Source: Eledone cirrhosa (taxonomy: Eukaryota). Taken from it: a DNA stretch of 64,000 nt. The notes below the pieces were generated by a model, which was not told the origin of the DNA, ran no database searches, and saw only the letters and a list, made by a program, of their open reading frames with translations. Of the stretch, positions 1 through 12,863 are shown one piece after another. The position numbers and the translations under genes were made by a program. The stretch covers positions 86,242,001-86,306,000 of the forward strand of contig OZ024742.1 of NCBI GenBank assembly GCA_964016885.1, in the 5' to 3' direction. Numbering within the stretch: the first letter of the stretch is position 1; each line of letters starts with the position of its first letter.

Positions 1-225
1 GCTGTATACTTGGTGTGTAAACGGAAGAGCCGAACCCCACTGTCATTGCCTCCATCTCTCTCGTCCTCCCCATCACAATGTATTATGACCAAATGGACAC
101 CAGCGGCTAGCCAACTCAGCAATTATGGCGGTAAGCAGGGAGGGAGCCCTGAGTCCAAGTACACCAGAAGTCTCCACTGCTAGGGGCACGAACGCAAATC
201 TGTCGGAGAGCGACCGATGTTTGGC
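1..225 (-). mobile_element. Fragment of CRE/NeSL-type non-LTR retrotransposon (C-terminal restriction-like endonuclease region)
   Basis: GC-richer island; minus-strand translation from 225 gives AKHRSLSDRFAFVPLAVETSGVLGLRAPSLL, matching the K(Y/H)xxL...FxPxAVETxGxxG motif of CRE-type RLE C-termini. Runs off the window edge. Confidence 0.5.
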
Positions 226-2427
226 ATTAATATTCCAACACTTATGTTCAAGTAATAAAAATCCACCCTTTGGAAGGAAGTTGTGATTAGAAGAAAAATT
301 GTTAATCTAGATAAAAATACATGGTAAGTAAAATGAGATCAACAACTATAAAACATATATGTTCAATATTCATATGTTATCTGAATGTATAAGCTCCGAA
401 ACATAGACTGGATTTCGCTCAGATTATTTTTTTCAAAAGTTAATTTATATAAACAACGTCCAAGTGATGTTTATGAATTAGCGTCAATCCTCATACACTC
501 ATTTTGTTGGTTGAAGTAAGGCTATTTGTATTGACAGTTGCTACCTATAACTAAGATTTTCAACATAAACAACTCATTATACACTCATGAATATCATCGT
601 TTGCTTTGATTGTAGTTTATACAAATCATTTTCAATTTCCATTGGATGCACGCATATCAGGTCTCCATACATGCTATCAATATCTTTCACGTATTCTTCC
701 AACATCTCGTGACGTAAGAAATCAAGTATTTCCCAAGGATTTATAGATTCGCACGAAATGTTAATGTAATTGTTTACTTAAGACGTCGGTGTGTAAGTTT
801 AAACTAAATACGACATTTTCAGAGATATATTGCTAATGCCCTTATCCTAAATCAAGACAGCCCAAATGACATCATCGAGCAATTCTCCAAAACAAGCACA
901 ATGGTGTTAGATATTATATTTTAAAAAAGCTGGAAACTGATATTATAATTTAAAATGATTCATAAACTTCGTCCAATAAAATTAACCGACAGACAATCTA
1001 ATTGCTAAAACAAAACATTATATATATTGGAAAAATTGTTATAAAAAATGTAATGCTAAAGCCAAATATTTAAAAAGTGCCTGATGTACTTAGAAATTCT
1101 GAGAGAATGAAAACAATATAAGAACACCTAGTCACCAGCAGTGTGATAAACCGGATTATAAGCAGCATTGAAACGCTCAGCGCTCAATTCTTGCAAGAGG
1201 TTGATCATTTTCGTCGCATACATCACTATTACATATGCAACTAGAGTTTGCACATGATGAAACCCGCGATATATACTTATGAGTTCCATATGCATATAAA
1301 CAAAAAAACGTTCATTCATTTCACATTACAACATAATCAAGAAATTGCATTGATTTGAACTTTTTTTAATTCTAGAAACATGTTCTAAAACCAAAGGGAT
1401 AACAAAAGATGAAAATTCAACACCTTTGACCATTTGCACATGACGATGTAATGACTTCTATACGAACTGCCAATACTGGATAAACTTCCTCGTATTTCCC
1501 ATATGACGTCCCAGCATAATTAGGTCGCAAAATGTCAGAAGGAAGAAGCGGGATTTAGGAATGAGTTGAAAAATTGTCCCATTGATTCTTAGGTCAAACA
1601 GATATATAACATATTTTATAGAAAATATCGATACAAATAAAAATTAATTTTTATCACATTAAAAATAACTTAATAAATCAAAGCAGAATATCATATTTTT
1701 GGTAGTTATAAAGATTGACGCTTTTGAAGTAGTTTAAATGCAAAAAATATAGGCGAATGTAAAGTTAGGGAAATGTGGAAAGTAACTCTTCTCTACTCGG
1801 AGACGTAGAACTGCAACTAGTTCATTTGTTCTTCAAAATTACTTTTAAAAGGTACGTTGTTGGTTATACAAAGCATTTCTGACTAAGCAGCAATTCGTCC
1901 CAATATTTTGTTCTTATAGAATAGGTTTCAAATCTGAATAGTGTAAAAATAATCAGTTGGACGCATACACAAACAAAAGCAGGGATTAAAATTTCTTGTT
2001 CGATTAACTTTCCTAATCATGTAAAATATGAATGGATTAGCAGAAACCTGTGACCCTGTGAGCCATAACTTATTTAATATCTTATAATATTTCAACGATA
2101 ATTTCAGGATACGTTTAAGATTTTCTCTTATTTACCTTGTATATAATATTAGTTTTTGGAAGAAACCCCATTGGGTGTATTATAAATAAATGTACACTTC
2201 GTAAGGTGCCATTCACATATCTTACCGAATAGAATGCCTTCAACTATTTCATTAATGCCTGATATGCTATATTTACTGCCTATTAATTTAGACATTTTTG
2301 TGTTAGTTACATGAAAATTACATATATATGTAATCAATATTTGTACCCCAATTTGCATTTTCTATTTTTAAGAGAATCAGTATTCACTTTAAATGCACAC
2401 GAATCAACATTAAGTGTATTATGCTTC

Positions 2428-2551
2428 GGTGGATTGGCAGTATCAGTAGAGGGTCGGACGCCATGCTTTCCAGCATAGTTACGTCCCTTTACGATCTGAG
2501 TTCAAATCCCTGCACTGGGTAATTGCTGGCCTTGTGCCTAAAGTAGAAACA
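2428..2551 (+). mobile_element. tRNA-derived SINE, internally deleted (lacks the central Meta-like domain)
   Basis: Box A-like TGGCAGTATCAGTAGA, box B GAGTTCAAATCC, tail GGCCTTGTGCCTAAAGTAGAAACA; perfect 19-bp TSD ATTAAGTGTATTATGCTTC at 2409-2427 and 2552-2570. Confidence 0.9.
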
Positions 2552-4892
2552 ATTAAGTGTATTATGCTTCTAGATGTATTGTTATGACTAATTTTAAATA
2601 ACGTGTACGTAATCAATAGATTTCAATCAGTGGGTTTCCAGATTTAATGGGAAAATATATTATGACATGTTTGTTGGAATAATATTATATATATATTTCT
2701 GCTTCTAAAACACATTTTATTATTGTATGAAAACTTAAGAATATATTTTACCAGAGTTTAATTAATTATATACGGGCTAAATTGTCGGATATAATAAATA
2801 ACGATGAGCAATTGGCTCGATAAGCTTAATGTGTTATAATTTCCACTTGCTTTTTTTAGATAGATATAACGCATTGTCAAATATTCCTTTCACCTAATTA
2901 TGTGGAATAGATTTCGGAAAGTTTCAATCAATAACGTAGAAGGATTTAATACTTGAGTTACATTTATGTGTCTGCTGTTGATTTGATTTTAAACTAATCT
3001 AACATATATTTTCCCCTGCAGGAATGCTTTCAGACATAATGCTTCGAAATACAAATTTGCATACAATGTAGGACATATCTTTGCCCTCAAATCGAAACGA
3101 ATATTAGATGGGGAATGTTATTTGACGATATTGCTTTGGTTGAAATGTATATATAATACATTTTGTAACAAGGAAAATCGAAGATATATTATCATTTCAT
3201 AACCCCTGTTCAAATGCTGCCAAAGGCAACAAGAAAATTATTTTAGAAAACCAATAATGTGAACAATTAAGAGGCTAAAGTTTAGGAAAAGTCACCAAAT
3301 ACCAGAGAAAAATATGCTTCCTTTCAAAAAGTAATTTCAAAAATTCACGAGAAAGTGGGCTCTGAAAGCCATGCCCCAGGCATAATATTGATACATTTTT
3401 GCCAGATGTCTTTAATACAAGGAATAAAAGCTATGTGTGGTGATTATCACATGTTGATTGCAACAGCACAAGTCAATATTTAGACATAGTAATACATTAA
3501 GATCTTAATATTTATGTTTAATATATGTCAGCCATAATTAGTAGATACGACAAATATGTCGCCAGGAACAGAAGATTATAAGGATAAGGAAATTATATAA
3601 AGGTAGCACTTGAACAGTTATATTTTACTGGCATATATAAACACATATTCTAATATACAATGCATTTGATGTGTGAGGCAACTTTCTTTTTAAATTTGAA
3701 ATCTAAATTCGTCAGTATGAGAAATTATATTTACCTATTATCAAACATTATTACCAGAAACAATTATTACCACTTTCTAATCGCGAATAGTATATGACAG
3801 CAAATATATTTCTATTAAGATAACTATGAGAGTAAAGTCCTTTTAAGCAACTACAATAATACATCTTTGCAGACGAGTGCCATTCGAATCAGTATTTGTG
3901 GTTCTTTTAGACGTCATCCGTTTACCTGAAATGCCATTATTCTAAATCGGAACTAAATACATTTAGAAGAAATTATTGTCTTAGATTTATGAAAAGCATC
4001 TGAAATTTGGAAGAAAGAATTAGACGAGATGAATATTTTAGCAAAGAACACGTTGCGCTAGTGTGATAAACTCATTATTAAATATATTAGCCTCGCCTTA
4101 AATCTGGCATATTATATCATTCATAATATATATCATTGTTTTGTGCTTTGATTATATAGAGATACACTAATACTAATGGGAGACACTCATTCGGTATTGA
4201 ATATCATAACTTTGCAAGAGCTTTATGAATATTCTTTCCTATTGCAGACATGGACATGAATGCTGCTGCAATGTTGTCTGAATTTTAGTTTCTTTGTCAA
4301 ATTTACCTCATGCCACTTCATATATTTAAACTGCGAAGGACATGTAATTATCAGAACATTACACCTAGTATCATAAGGAAGCACATGTAATGTCAGTTGA
4401 ACGGTTACATGCACGAAGTAGTAATTTCGTACGTTACCATTATGAATTAAAGAAAAATACATCCCAAATTAGGAACGATATTTAGCCAAAACATTAAAAA
4501 GTACATTATTGTATTGTGGAAAAGCTTTATCGTTAGGGACAAAATCTACAGGTGAGCAATGAATATTTCTAAATATGATTCAAACCCTCACACACATCCT
4601 TTAGTTTCACAACATAAACCAGTGAGTAAAACCAAACAATTTTAGATATATTCCTAAAAGTATTTTACACCATACTTACAACAGACAATACGTCAATAAT
4701 TGGCCTTATGTTTATATTATCTCTTACAGGCAAACTATTGAAGATAGGATTTAATGAATTTGCATCGTTCAACAAACAACACAAATTCTTCAAAGTGACA
4801 ATACTGTGAATAAAATTGTGAAAAAAAATCGTATTTAAAATGGGGACTCCTTGACATATTGCTTGTCAGTACTTATTATTTAGTTGTACTAT

Positions 4893-5054
4893 TTGAACTC
4901 AGGCCGTAAAGGAACGTAGCATAGATACGTCCCTTTACGGCCTGAGTTGAAATCCAGCCGAGGTTAACTTTGCCTTTCATCCTTACGGGGTCGATAAAAT
5001 AAAGTACCAGTAATGTACTGGTTTATTGTTGGCCTTGTGCTAAAAGTAGAAACA
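4893..5054 (+). mobile_element. tRNA-derived Meta-domain SINE, 5'-truncated with fold-back 5' end
   Basis: Central GCCTTTCATCCTTACGGGGTCGATAAAATAAAGTACCAG and family tail; 18-bp TSD ATTATTTAGTTGTACTAT (4875-4892 / 5055-5072); 4893-4918 is the reverse complement of ~4926-4951. Confidence 0.9.
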
Positions 5055-5644
5055 ATTATTTAGTTGTACTATATACATAATTGGTAATTACACCAATGAT
5101 GTTCCATTGAAAGATCTTTGAACGAAACTTCAGCCATCAACAGGCAACGCCAACCATCGAATCATAGTTCCATATTGTCTGTTAAAATATGTTTGACATG
5201 TTTGTGCAATATAGAGTAGAGAGTTATGCAAATAATGGAAAACTGGTGCTGCGGTAAAATTCGAACAGGGTCAGACCATTAAAATAAATGCAAAAATGAT
5301 CTGCGAAACAAAAGCTGTAATTTGTATTATAATATATATTGGCTCCACAAAATATCACATTGATCTGAGCTGTAACCAATTGTGTAGACAATCAAAATAT
5401 ACCAAAAGCAGTACTTACAGTACGTGGATATTTAGATTTGCAGCATCAGTAACTTCTAATAATCCCTTTTCATGAATGCTCAGATGTTGTTGCACACAGT
5501 CTAGAAATGGTAAAGATTATTTTATATCGAATTATCTCCTACACGAAGAAAATATGATAGGGCCTGCTTGGTTTCACATTTAATAACAACTAATATAAAT
5601 ATTGTGTGCGTTTCATTAAAATTAAAATAACACAGCCTTATTAT

Positions 5645-5808
5645 TGCAGCATATAGGGTCGTCTATGTTCAGTGTCTAATCACGCCGAAGGAAATCTTGC
5701 CCTCATTTAAAAGAGGTAGTTAAATTAAACTACGCGTAACGGACTTCCTTCGATGTCATCGCTACACCACCGTCAAACTGCTGGCTTTGTGCGAAATATA
5801 GGAACATA
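5645..5808 (+). mobile_element. Old degenerate SINE remnant
   Basis: Weak matches to family motifs GCCGA...TTGCCCTCAT and CTGCTGGCTTTGTGCGAAATATAGGAAC. Confidence 0.3.
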
Positions 5809-6690
5809 TATTATATACTTTTGCAAAACATATGTTTTATAATCTCTATAGGCAATTGATCTGACAGATATTTATAAGATAATGTGATGTTAGGCAGATA
5901 ATAAGCTGCCGGGATTTTTATCTTCGTTCCTTGGTACGCAATTCATAATTGTTTATTTCATTTTGTACATTTACACACACTATATGTAATATATATTAAA
6001 AAATATGTAATATTCAAAATATACAAATCACAGGAAATGTTACTTATTCTTTCAATTATATCTAGTGTATTATGTATGTGACTGAATTCGAATTATATGG
6101 GAAGTAATATCTCATTTAGTTGATTCCATTTCGATGAATGTCCAGCTATACTAAATGATTACAAAATCAAATTGTCTGTGCTATTGTTTTACTAAATTAT
6201 TCATATGATGATAAATGTAGCTTAATATGGCTTAATACATGTTTTCGAAAAGAATGTCAAAATAATAACTCAAGTGAACAGGGTCTGAAACATTTTTTAG
6301 TAATCTTTGAAATAACGCTCATACAAAAACTGAAAACAGTAATGCATATAGAACGGGAAGTAGTCAAACCTAACGATTTAGTCAAATCCTGGGAAGTAGA
6401 ACGGGAAGTAGTCAAATCTTGTTATTATTATGCTATTATCATTGCATCGTATCTGCGTTGGAATTTCACTATTTCTTAAACCGATGTACAGGTCAATATG
6501 CGTATTACTGGACGTATGTGTATGTGTATGCATGTGTGGATATGTTTGTGGGTTTGCACGTGTGTGTTTCTGTGTGTATGATGTTTGCAAATGTGCTATG
6601 GTATGTGTGCTAATGTGAAACACGATGATATTCGATATTAAACTGTTCACAGGGCTGCAATCGACATATACCATTATTTCCATATATGTA

Positions 6691-6900
6691 GGGCGATGGA
6701 TTGGCAGTATCGGTAGAGAGTCGGACACCATAGTTTGCCGCATAGATTTACGGCTCATTATGGTGTGTTCAAATCCTACCGATGTTAACTTGGACTTCCA
6801 TCCTTACTGGGTCGATAAAAGAAAGCACCAGTAACGTACTGGGTCGATTTAATCGGCTTCTCCCCACTCCAATTACAGGCCTTGTGCCTATAGCAGAAAT
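6691..6900 (+). mobile_element. Full-length tRNA-derived Meta-domain SINE (longer subfamily)
   Basis: Box A/B head, CCATCCTTACTGGGTCGATAAAA domain, tail GGCCTTGTGCCTATAGCAGAAA; degenerate 17-bp TSD TTATTTCCATATATGTA / TTATTTCTATATGTGTA. Confidence 0.85.
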
Positions 6901-7125
6901 CTTTATTTCTATATGTGTAACAATAAAAAAGAAGAAAAAAACAGATGGTATTTTTTTTTGTTCTCAGGCGGATAGTAACAGGCTGAGTAGAAGATAACGT
7001 TACAATTAACGAAATAAAGCCAATGAGACTGGTGTATTATGAAGAGAGGCAGCTGTGAGGCAAGTCTTGATATGACACTTCATGCGAAATAGTCGTCTCA
7101 CAATTTTCATTATTTTGAATAACCA

Positions 7126-7216
7126 GGGTGCTAGATTGGCAGTATCGATAGAGAGTCTGTGGCACGATGCGTTGTAGCATAGATTTACCGCCTTTTACGG
7201 TATGAGTTCAAATCCA
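7126..7216 (+). mobile_element. SINE 5' tRNA head only, fused to a Tx1 3' fragment
   Basis: ATTGGCAGTATCGATAGAG...GAGTTCAAATCC, then an abrupt switch to Tx1 ORF2-end sequence. Confidence 0.8.
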
Positions 7217-7680
7217 GTTGCGAAAGTGTTTGTATGGTAACCCGGTTGAAGGACTGAAGACAGACACGTTTTCTCTTCGGCCAATCCCTTATCAACATTT
7301 TCAAATTTCACTTTGAAAGGAAGCTAAGGGAGGAGAGAGAAGTGTTGCCGTCCAGTGCATTTGCATATAGGTGGGTGAATGGGGCGAGAATGGCCTGTGT
7401 GAGTTGGCCCACTCTGATCATGTGCCTGCAGGCTGGTGAATTTGAGGAGGAGAGGGGTGCCCTTCCCGGGTGCCTTCGAATTGTCGGGTGGTTAAGGATT
7501 GGTGGCGTACCTGAATGTCCCTGAATACCATGCCCCCCTATTGGGGTATTTTTATTGATTTATTTTTCCTGTTTATTGTTATTGTTTTCCTATTTTTACT
7601 CGATTTTTACGTAAATCCCTACTGTCCCCGTCTATTACATTGTCTCCTATATGTCGGCCCTTGTGACCAATACATGAAAC
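7215..7680 (+). mobile_element. 5'-truncated L1/Tx1 3' end (related to copy F)
   Basis: Co-linear with 39500-39938 (FKFH...REVLP...RWVN..RMA, 3'UTR CCCCCCTATTGGG, GGCCCTTGTGA); ends in (ATT)n. Confidence 0.85.

Positions 7681-7712
<32 letters not shown>
7681..7712. repeat. (ATT)n linker, tail of Tx1 (+) and of R4/Dong (-)
   Basis: Pure TTA/ATT run between two tail-to-tail elements. Confidence 0.95.
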
Positions 7713-7713
<1 letters not shown>

Positions 7714-10700
7714 AGCTGCATTTATCATGCTTTATCACATTTATCTTGCTTTACGAGTTATCACCAAGTCACAACCAGTGACCTCAAGAGACAACAAGGT
7801 CCGCCATGTTCAAGAAAGAACATACATACTCACACATGCATCTTTAGGTGTTTAGACTTGTGATGTACTTATATTGACAGAATCTTCCTTAGTATATGGG
7901 CAGTTCCCATTAGTACTATCTTTTGTATTTCTCCTATACGCGGGTTTCCTGGGATTTGCGATAAGTAATCATTAGACCCATTAGGTATCATTCCTAGAGC
8001 GCCCACAACCACTGGTATTGTTTTAGTTCTCAATTTCCACATTTTTCCAATTTCTATCTCCAGGTCCTTATACTTGCTCAATTTTTCAAATGTTTTTATA
8101 GATACATTCTTGTCTATTGGAACAGACATATCAATTAGCAGGCATACCCTCTTTTTAAAGTCCTTCAATATTATATCAGGACTATTTGCATCTATTATTC
8201 GGTCTGTTTGGATGCTAAAGTTCGACAAGATTGAGATGTGATCTTTTTCAAGTATGGGAGGTGGTTGATGCTCCCACCAATTCTTTTGATGGGGCAGGTC
8301 AAAATGCTTACACATTATCCAATGTATGTATTGTGCTGCTCTGTCATGCCTGTTTAGGTATTCGGTTGGAGCTATAGGACTGCACATTGAAATTATATGG
8401 TCTATGGTCTCTGGTTGTTTTTTACATACACGGCATAATGGGTTGCATCCATTTTTTTTATTATGTTGGCTTGGTAATTTTTTGTTGGCAGACACTGATC
8501 TCGTGCTGATATAATCAGTCTTTCAGTCTCCGATTGCAGTCCAGAGGATGCCAACCACTGATGGGTTAAGTTTTTGTCAACATCAGGATTGTTAGCTCGT
8601 CTGGGTATTTTCCATACAGAGGCTTTTCTTGCCATTTCTTAGCCAGTTTCTGTAGCTGTTCTTTCTTTGCAGTTACTTTTACCTGCTTTGCTTTTTCTGT
8701 GTTTTCCATTTCAGCAATAAATGGGACTTCTGAAAATTGTAGTCCTTTACTGTATCTTTGTATTTTATAATGGAGTATGATCTTTTGATGCTTTCGTGTT
8801 TCAAAACGAGTTTGATCATCCAATCATGTGATTTCCTTAGATATGTAGATAATCCAATTGTTGCAGTTTTCAACGCAATATACTGGATTAACCCACGTCC
8901 TCCTTCTTTCCTAGGGAGATATGTTCTATCTGTATCTGCCTTAGGGTGATGCATTCTGTGCATGGTTAAGAATTTTCGAATTTTTGTATCGAGCCTACGG
9001 ATCTCTGTGCTTGACCAGTTGATGACATTGTAACTGTAGGTTACTACTGGTATGGCAAGCGTGTTTATGGCATCGATCCTATTCCTTGCATTGAATTCCG
9101 TTCTTAAGATTGCTCTTACTCTGCGGTAACATTCCTTCCTTATCCTTTCCCTCATTGTCGAGTGCTTTATTCCGTCTCCTTCACAAACACCTAGATATTT
9201 GTAAGTTTCCTCTTGATCAAGTTCTCTTATCACATTCCCCCGATCAAGATTAATGTCTGAACTTTTCAGCAGCTTTCCTCTGGTGAACGTTGCTTTCGCG
9301 CATTTATCTAGTCCAAACTCCATTTTAATGTCATCATTGAACTGCTCCACAGTGGATAATAGCCCTTGCAATTGTTCATCATTTTTTGCAAATAGTTTCA
9401 TGTCATCCATTTAGAACAAGTAATTAATGGTTTTGTGATAGACTTTATATCCATGTTTTGTTTCATTGAGCATTTTACTTAATGGTATTAGTGCGATGCA
9501 GAATAAAAGCGGTGATAAAGAGTCACCCTGAAAAATTCCACAATTAATATTAACTTCTCCAGCTTCCAGTGATTTTGTTTCACTATTCAAAAGTAGTGTC
9601 GTTCTCCATGTCTTCATACTGAATGACAAACACCTCCTGACAACGGGGGATATTTTGAAAATCTCTAAACATTTTTCAATCCAACTGTGTGGCAAACTAT
9701 CGAATGCTTTTTCATAATCTATCCAAGCAATTGATAGATTTTTGTGTCTATTATTTGTGTCTTCCAGTATCATTTTGTTAACCAAAAGCTGATCCTTACA
9801 GCCATATGAGCCTCGTTTACACCCTTTCTGCTCAATGGGAAATAGGTCATTTGTTATCAGGTGGTCATATGTATATTCAGTTAGGACTGATGTTAAAATT
9901 TTATACATTGTTGTCAAGCAAGTTATCGGTCTGTAATTTTTGGGATTGTTTGTCTCATCATTCTTCGGAAGCAGGAATGTAATGCCGTTAACTAGCCATG
10001 ATGGTATCTTTTCTGGCTCTTTAACTATTTCATTGTAAAGTTGGGCTAACAGCTCATGGGACTCTGTGAAGGTATTTATCCAAACATTTTGTATTTTGTC
10101 TTTTCCTGGGGATTTCCATGTGCTGGTTTTTCTTAGAGCCAAACGTAACTGTTCAACTGTTATATTTACCCATATTTGTTCCTCAAGGTGAGCTGTATCT
10201 TTCATTTGTCTGTCTATCCATGGGGCATGTATATTATGAACTTTTTCTTCGGGCCAGATCTTTTACCAGAATTCTTGCACTTCCTCCTTGGGTGGTATTG
10301 ATTTAGCAGTTATTGTTGACTTACCAATTTTTCTGTAGAAGTTTCTTTGGTTGTTTTTGAACATATTATTGTCCTTATAGAATCTAGATCGTTTTTCAAA
10401 GCGCCTTATACGAGCAGCTTTGGCCGACACTTTTTGCTTGATTATTTCTATCAGCATGTCTATGTCACTTGTTGATTTTATACTATACTTTCTTTTCAAT
10501 TTTCTAAGTTTAGTTTGTTTAACATGTTCACCTACTTTATAGTTTGTTAACATTTCTATGTCAGATCGGAGAAGGTTTATTTGGCGATTGATGTTCTCTT
10601 GCCAAGTAGATTTCTTGTGGGAATTCCTTTGTTTTTTCATCTTCACTCCACATAAGTGAGTGGTGACTTTAGCCGATGCATAATAGAGATGATTTAAATC

Positions 10701-11680
10701 AGTAATGTTTAGTTTGTTTGTGATGATAATGTTTTTGAGAATTATGTTAGTCTTGTGTATTATCTTTTGGTTCTATTTGGAGTTCTGGATCTTAGGACGG
10801 GTGTCTCGTTCCCCAATGTCAGATTCTTTCATTTTCATCCATTCGATCATAATTTCATCCTTCAAGTTGGCAAGTTCATTCTCATTCATTTCTTTATCAT
10901 TTACGATCTCATTGTTTTCATTTTGAGTTTCATCTTGAGCATGCACTCCCTCCACTTTTTCGATCCTTTCATTAATTTGTTCTGTTGTCAGTGATTCCGC
11001 CCCAACTCTGGGATTCGAAGAGTTACAATTTACCTTCGCTGACTTTGTGCTAATAGCTTGATCTGATCAATTTCTATATCAGTTAGTAACTTTTTTCTTA
11101 CAATATTTCTTCGTATATTGGCTAGTTTGTTACAGTCAATATAGCCTCTGTTTTCGGGATGTTTCTTTTTCCAGTTGATATATGTTTGTTCTGTATTCGA
11201 TGTATTTGATGGGTAGTACATGGCAGTGTAGAAAGCCTCAAGGACTTCTTTATTATCTTCCCTTGACCATTTTTCTCTCTTTTTCTTTGGATTTCTTGGT
11301 GGTGAGCATGGAGGGCCAACAGTAGGAGTATTCCGGTTATCGGAGGTCTCCAGCTCCGAAGTGATGGGAAGGTTTGAACCATTAGCTGATTTTTCGACCC
11401 CAGTCTGGTTCCTCTCTAAGGGACGCGGCCCTTTTTTACCCGGGTGACGGCCGATCCGGTATGAGATTTTATCATTAGACATTTACTTTATTTTGTCGCG
11501 TTTTATCCTTATCCGCCAAGGGGTAATCATTTCGTGTTACCACTTCTAGAACGAGTGTCAACCAAGACTAGAGGGGTCGTTCTCCCCTAGAGACATGGCT
11601 ATTCCCCGCCGACCGCCATCCCGGGATTTCTTGGTCACGGAGTTTTCTTTCTGTTGTTTTTTTTTTTAAATTGTTATTAT
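7713..11680 (-). mobile_element. R4/Dong-clade non-LTR retrotransposon family 1, near full length
   Basis: Single long RT+CCHC+RLE reading frame with ~200-nt 5'UTR, short 3'UTR and (TAA)n tail; 5' boundary approximate. Confidence 0.9.
7869..11482 (-). pseudogene. R4/Dong ORF (RT, CCHC, PD-(D/E)xK RLE) broken by stops and frameshifts
   Basis: Motifs YRPITCL, EQKGC, WIDYEKAFDSLPHSWI, GIFQGDSLSP, F*MDD, EGGRGL, CRVC..ETIDHIISMC, RHD, PDIILKD, EKLSKYKDL across consecutive ORF pieces. Confidence 0.9.
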
Positions 11681-11736
11681 CATGAGTGGTTCCTTAATGT
11701 GAGCATTGCGTGGCTTAAGAATGAAATTATTAATAA

Positions 11737-11778
11737 TTGTCTCCACTCCAGGCACAAGGTCAGCAATCACCCAGTGCA
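11737..11778 (-). mobile_element. SINE 3' tail fragment
   Basis: Reverse complement TGCACTGGGTGATTGCTGACCTTGTGCCTGGAGTGGAGACAA matches the SINE tail. Confidence 0.75.
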
Positions 11779-11789
11779 TTACAATAATA

Positions 11790-12792
11790 TAATATACTTT
11801 TTGTTGTAGTTGGCTGTTATTGTTGTTGGCTATGTCGGTGGTGGTGCCGGGGCTTTTTATATTGTTGGTGAGGAAGGGGTGAGCCAGCAGTCCCATAATT
11901 GTTGATGTAGACGTTTGGCCGGTGGCAAGGTCACCAAGTCAATCTATTTATATATTTTGCTAGCCTCTCTCTTGTCTAGTGATACCGCCACCTTCCCTTT
12001 TCTCTCTCAAGTTAACAGGGGAATAGTGTCGGTAGCATTGAATGAGTGTTGGCGGCGATGATGGATGCGGTGGGGTGGTGGCAGCGGTGGTGTTGTGGTT
12101 ACTGATATAGTATCTATGAGTTTGTGTTCGTATGTTTAATATATATTTTTATTATATTTTGTGTTGGCATATTCCCGTAAAATTTGAATTAAACATTTTT
12201 TAAAATTTGAGACAATAATAATAGTAATTATTATTATGATGCTGGTGAAATTGCCGTTATCTGGCTGTTATATTTAGTGTGATGGGATAGGTAGTGTATC
12301 AAGTTTCTGGTGTTGGTGAAATTGAAATTGCTGCTATTTGGCTGTTCTATATAGTGTAGACAGAGGGTGTTTTGTTCCATTTATAACCATTTTCTTTTTT
12401 TGAATACAAAATATATAATACAAAATTGAATATTTGAGCGATACAACAGTATAATATGGATCCGAAACTTTATGGGACCTCATTCGGTGCATTTATGCAA
12501 CATTTGTGCTAAGAATTGTTCTTTCACAATTGATTTAAATATGTTAAAAATCAAAAAACTTGCGGGGGCAATTTCGTGACGTTCTACCACCTCGTGCGTC
12601 TTCTTCCCTTCTGAATATTTGAGCGATACAACAGTATAATATGGATCCGAAACTTTATGGGACCTCATTCGGTGCCTTTATGCAACATTTTTGCTAAGAA
12701 TTGTTCTTTCACAATTGATTTAAATATGTTAAAAATCAAAAACTTACGGGAGCAATTTCGTGACGTTCTACCACCTCGTGCGTTTTCTTCCC
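11790..12792 (-). mobile_element. Probable 5' end (5'UTR plus low-complexity ORF1 start) of a Tx1-like element
   Basis: Minus strand has GCTCCCGTAAGTTT and CGCTCAAATATTCAA, resembling the 5'UTRs of copies C and F (GCTCTCGTAAGTTT, GCCCAAATATTTGAA), followed by CAA/CAC-rich sequence like the ORF1 N-termini. Confidence 0.5.

Positions 12793-12794
<2 letters not shown>
12427..12794. repeat. Tandem duplication, two ~185-bp units
   Basis: TGAATATTTGAGCGATACAAC... starts at 12427 and 12612. Confidence 0.95.

Positions 12795-12863
<69 letters not shown>
12793..12863. repeat. (ATT)n linker
   Basis: About 23 perfect units. Confidence 0.95.

Noticed and set aside
2428-2510. tRNA genes at SINE heads
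   Set aside because: Box A/B are present, but there is no cloverleaf acceptor stem and they continue into SINE body or tail.
6349-6420. Short duplicated TAGAACGGGAAGTAGTCAAA
   Set aside because: Local duplication or repair scar with no further structure.
11520-11680. Possible 5' ribozyme in the R4/Dong 5'UTR
   Set aside because: Stems exist (GACCAAGA/TCTTGGTT; CTAGGGG/CCCCTCTAG) but not in HDV topology by eye.
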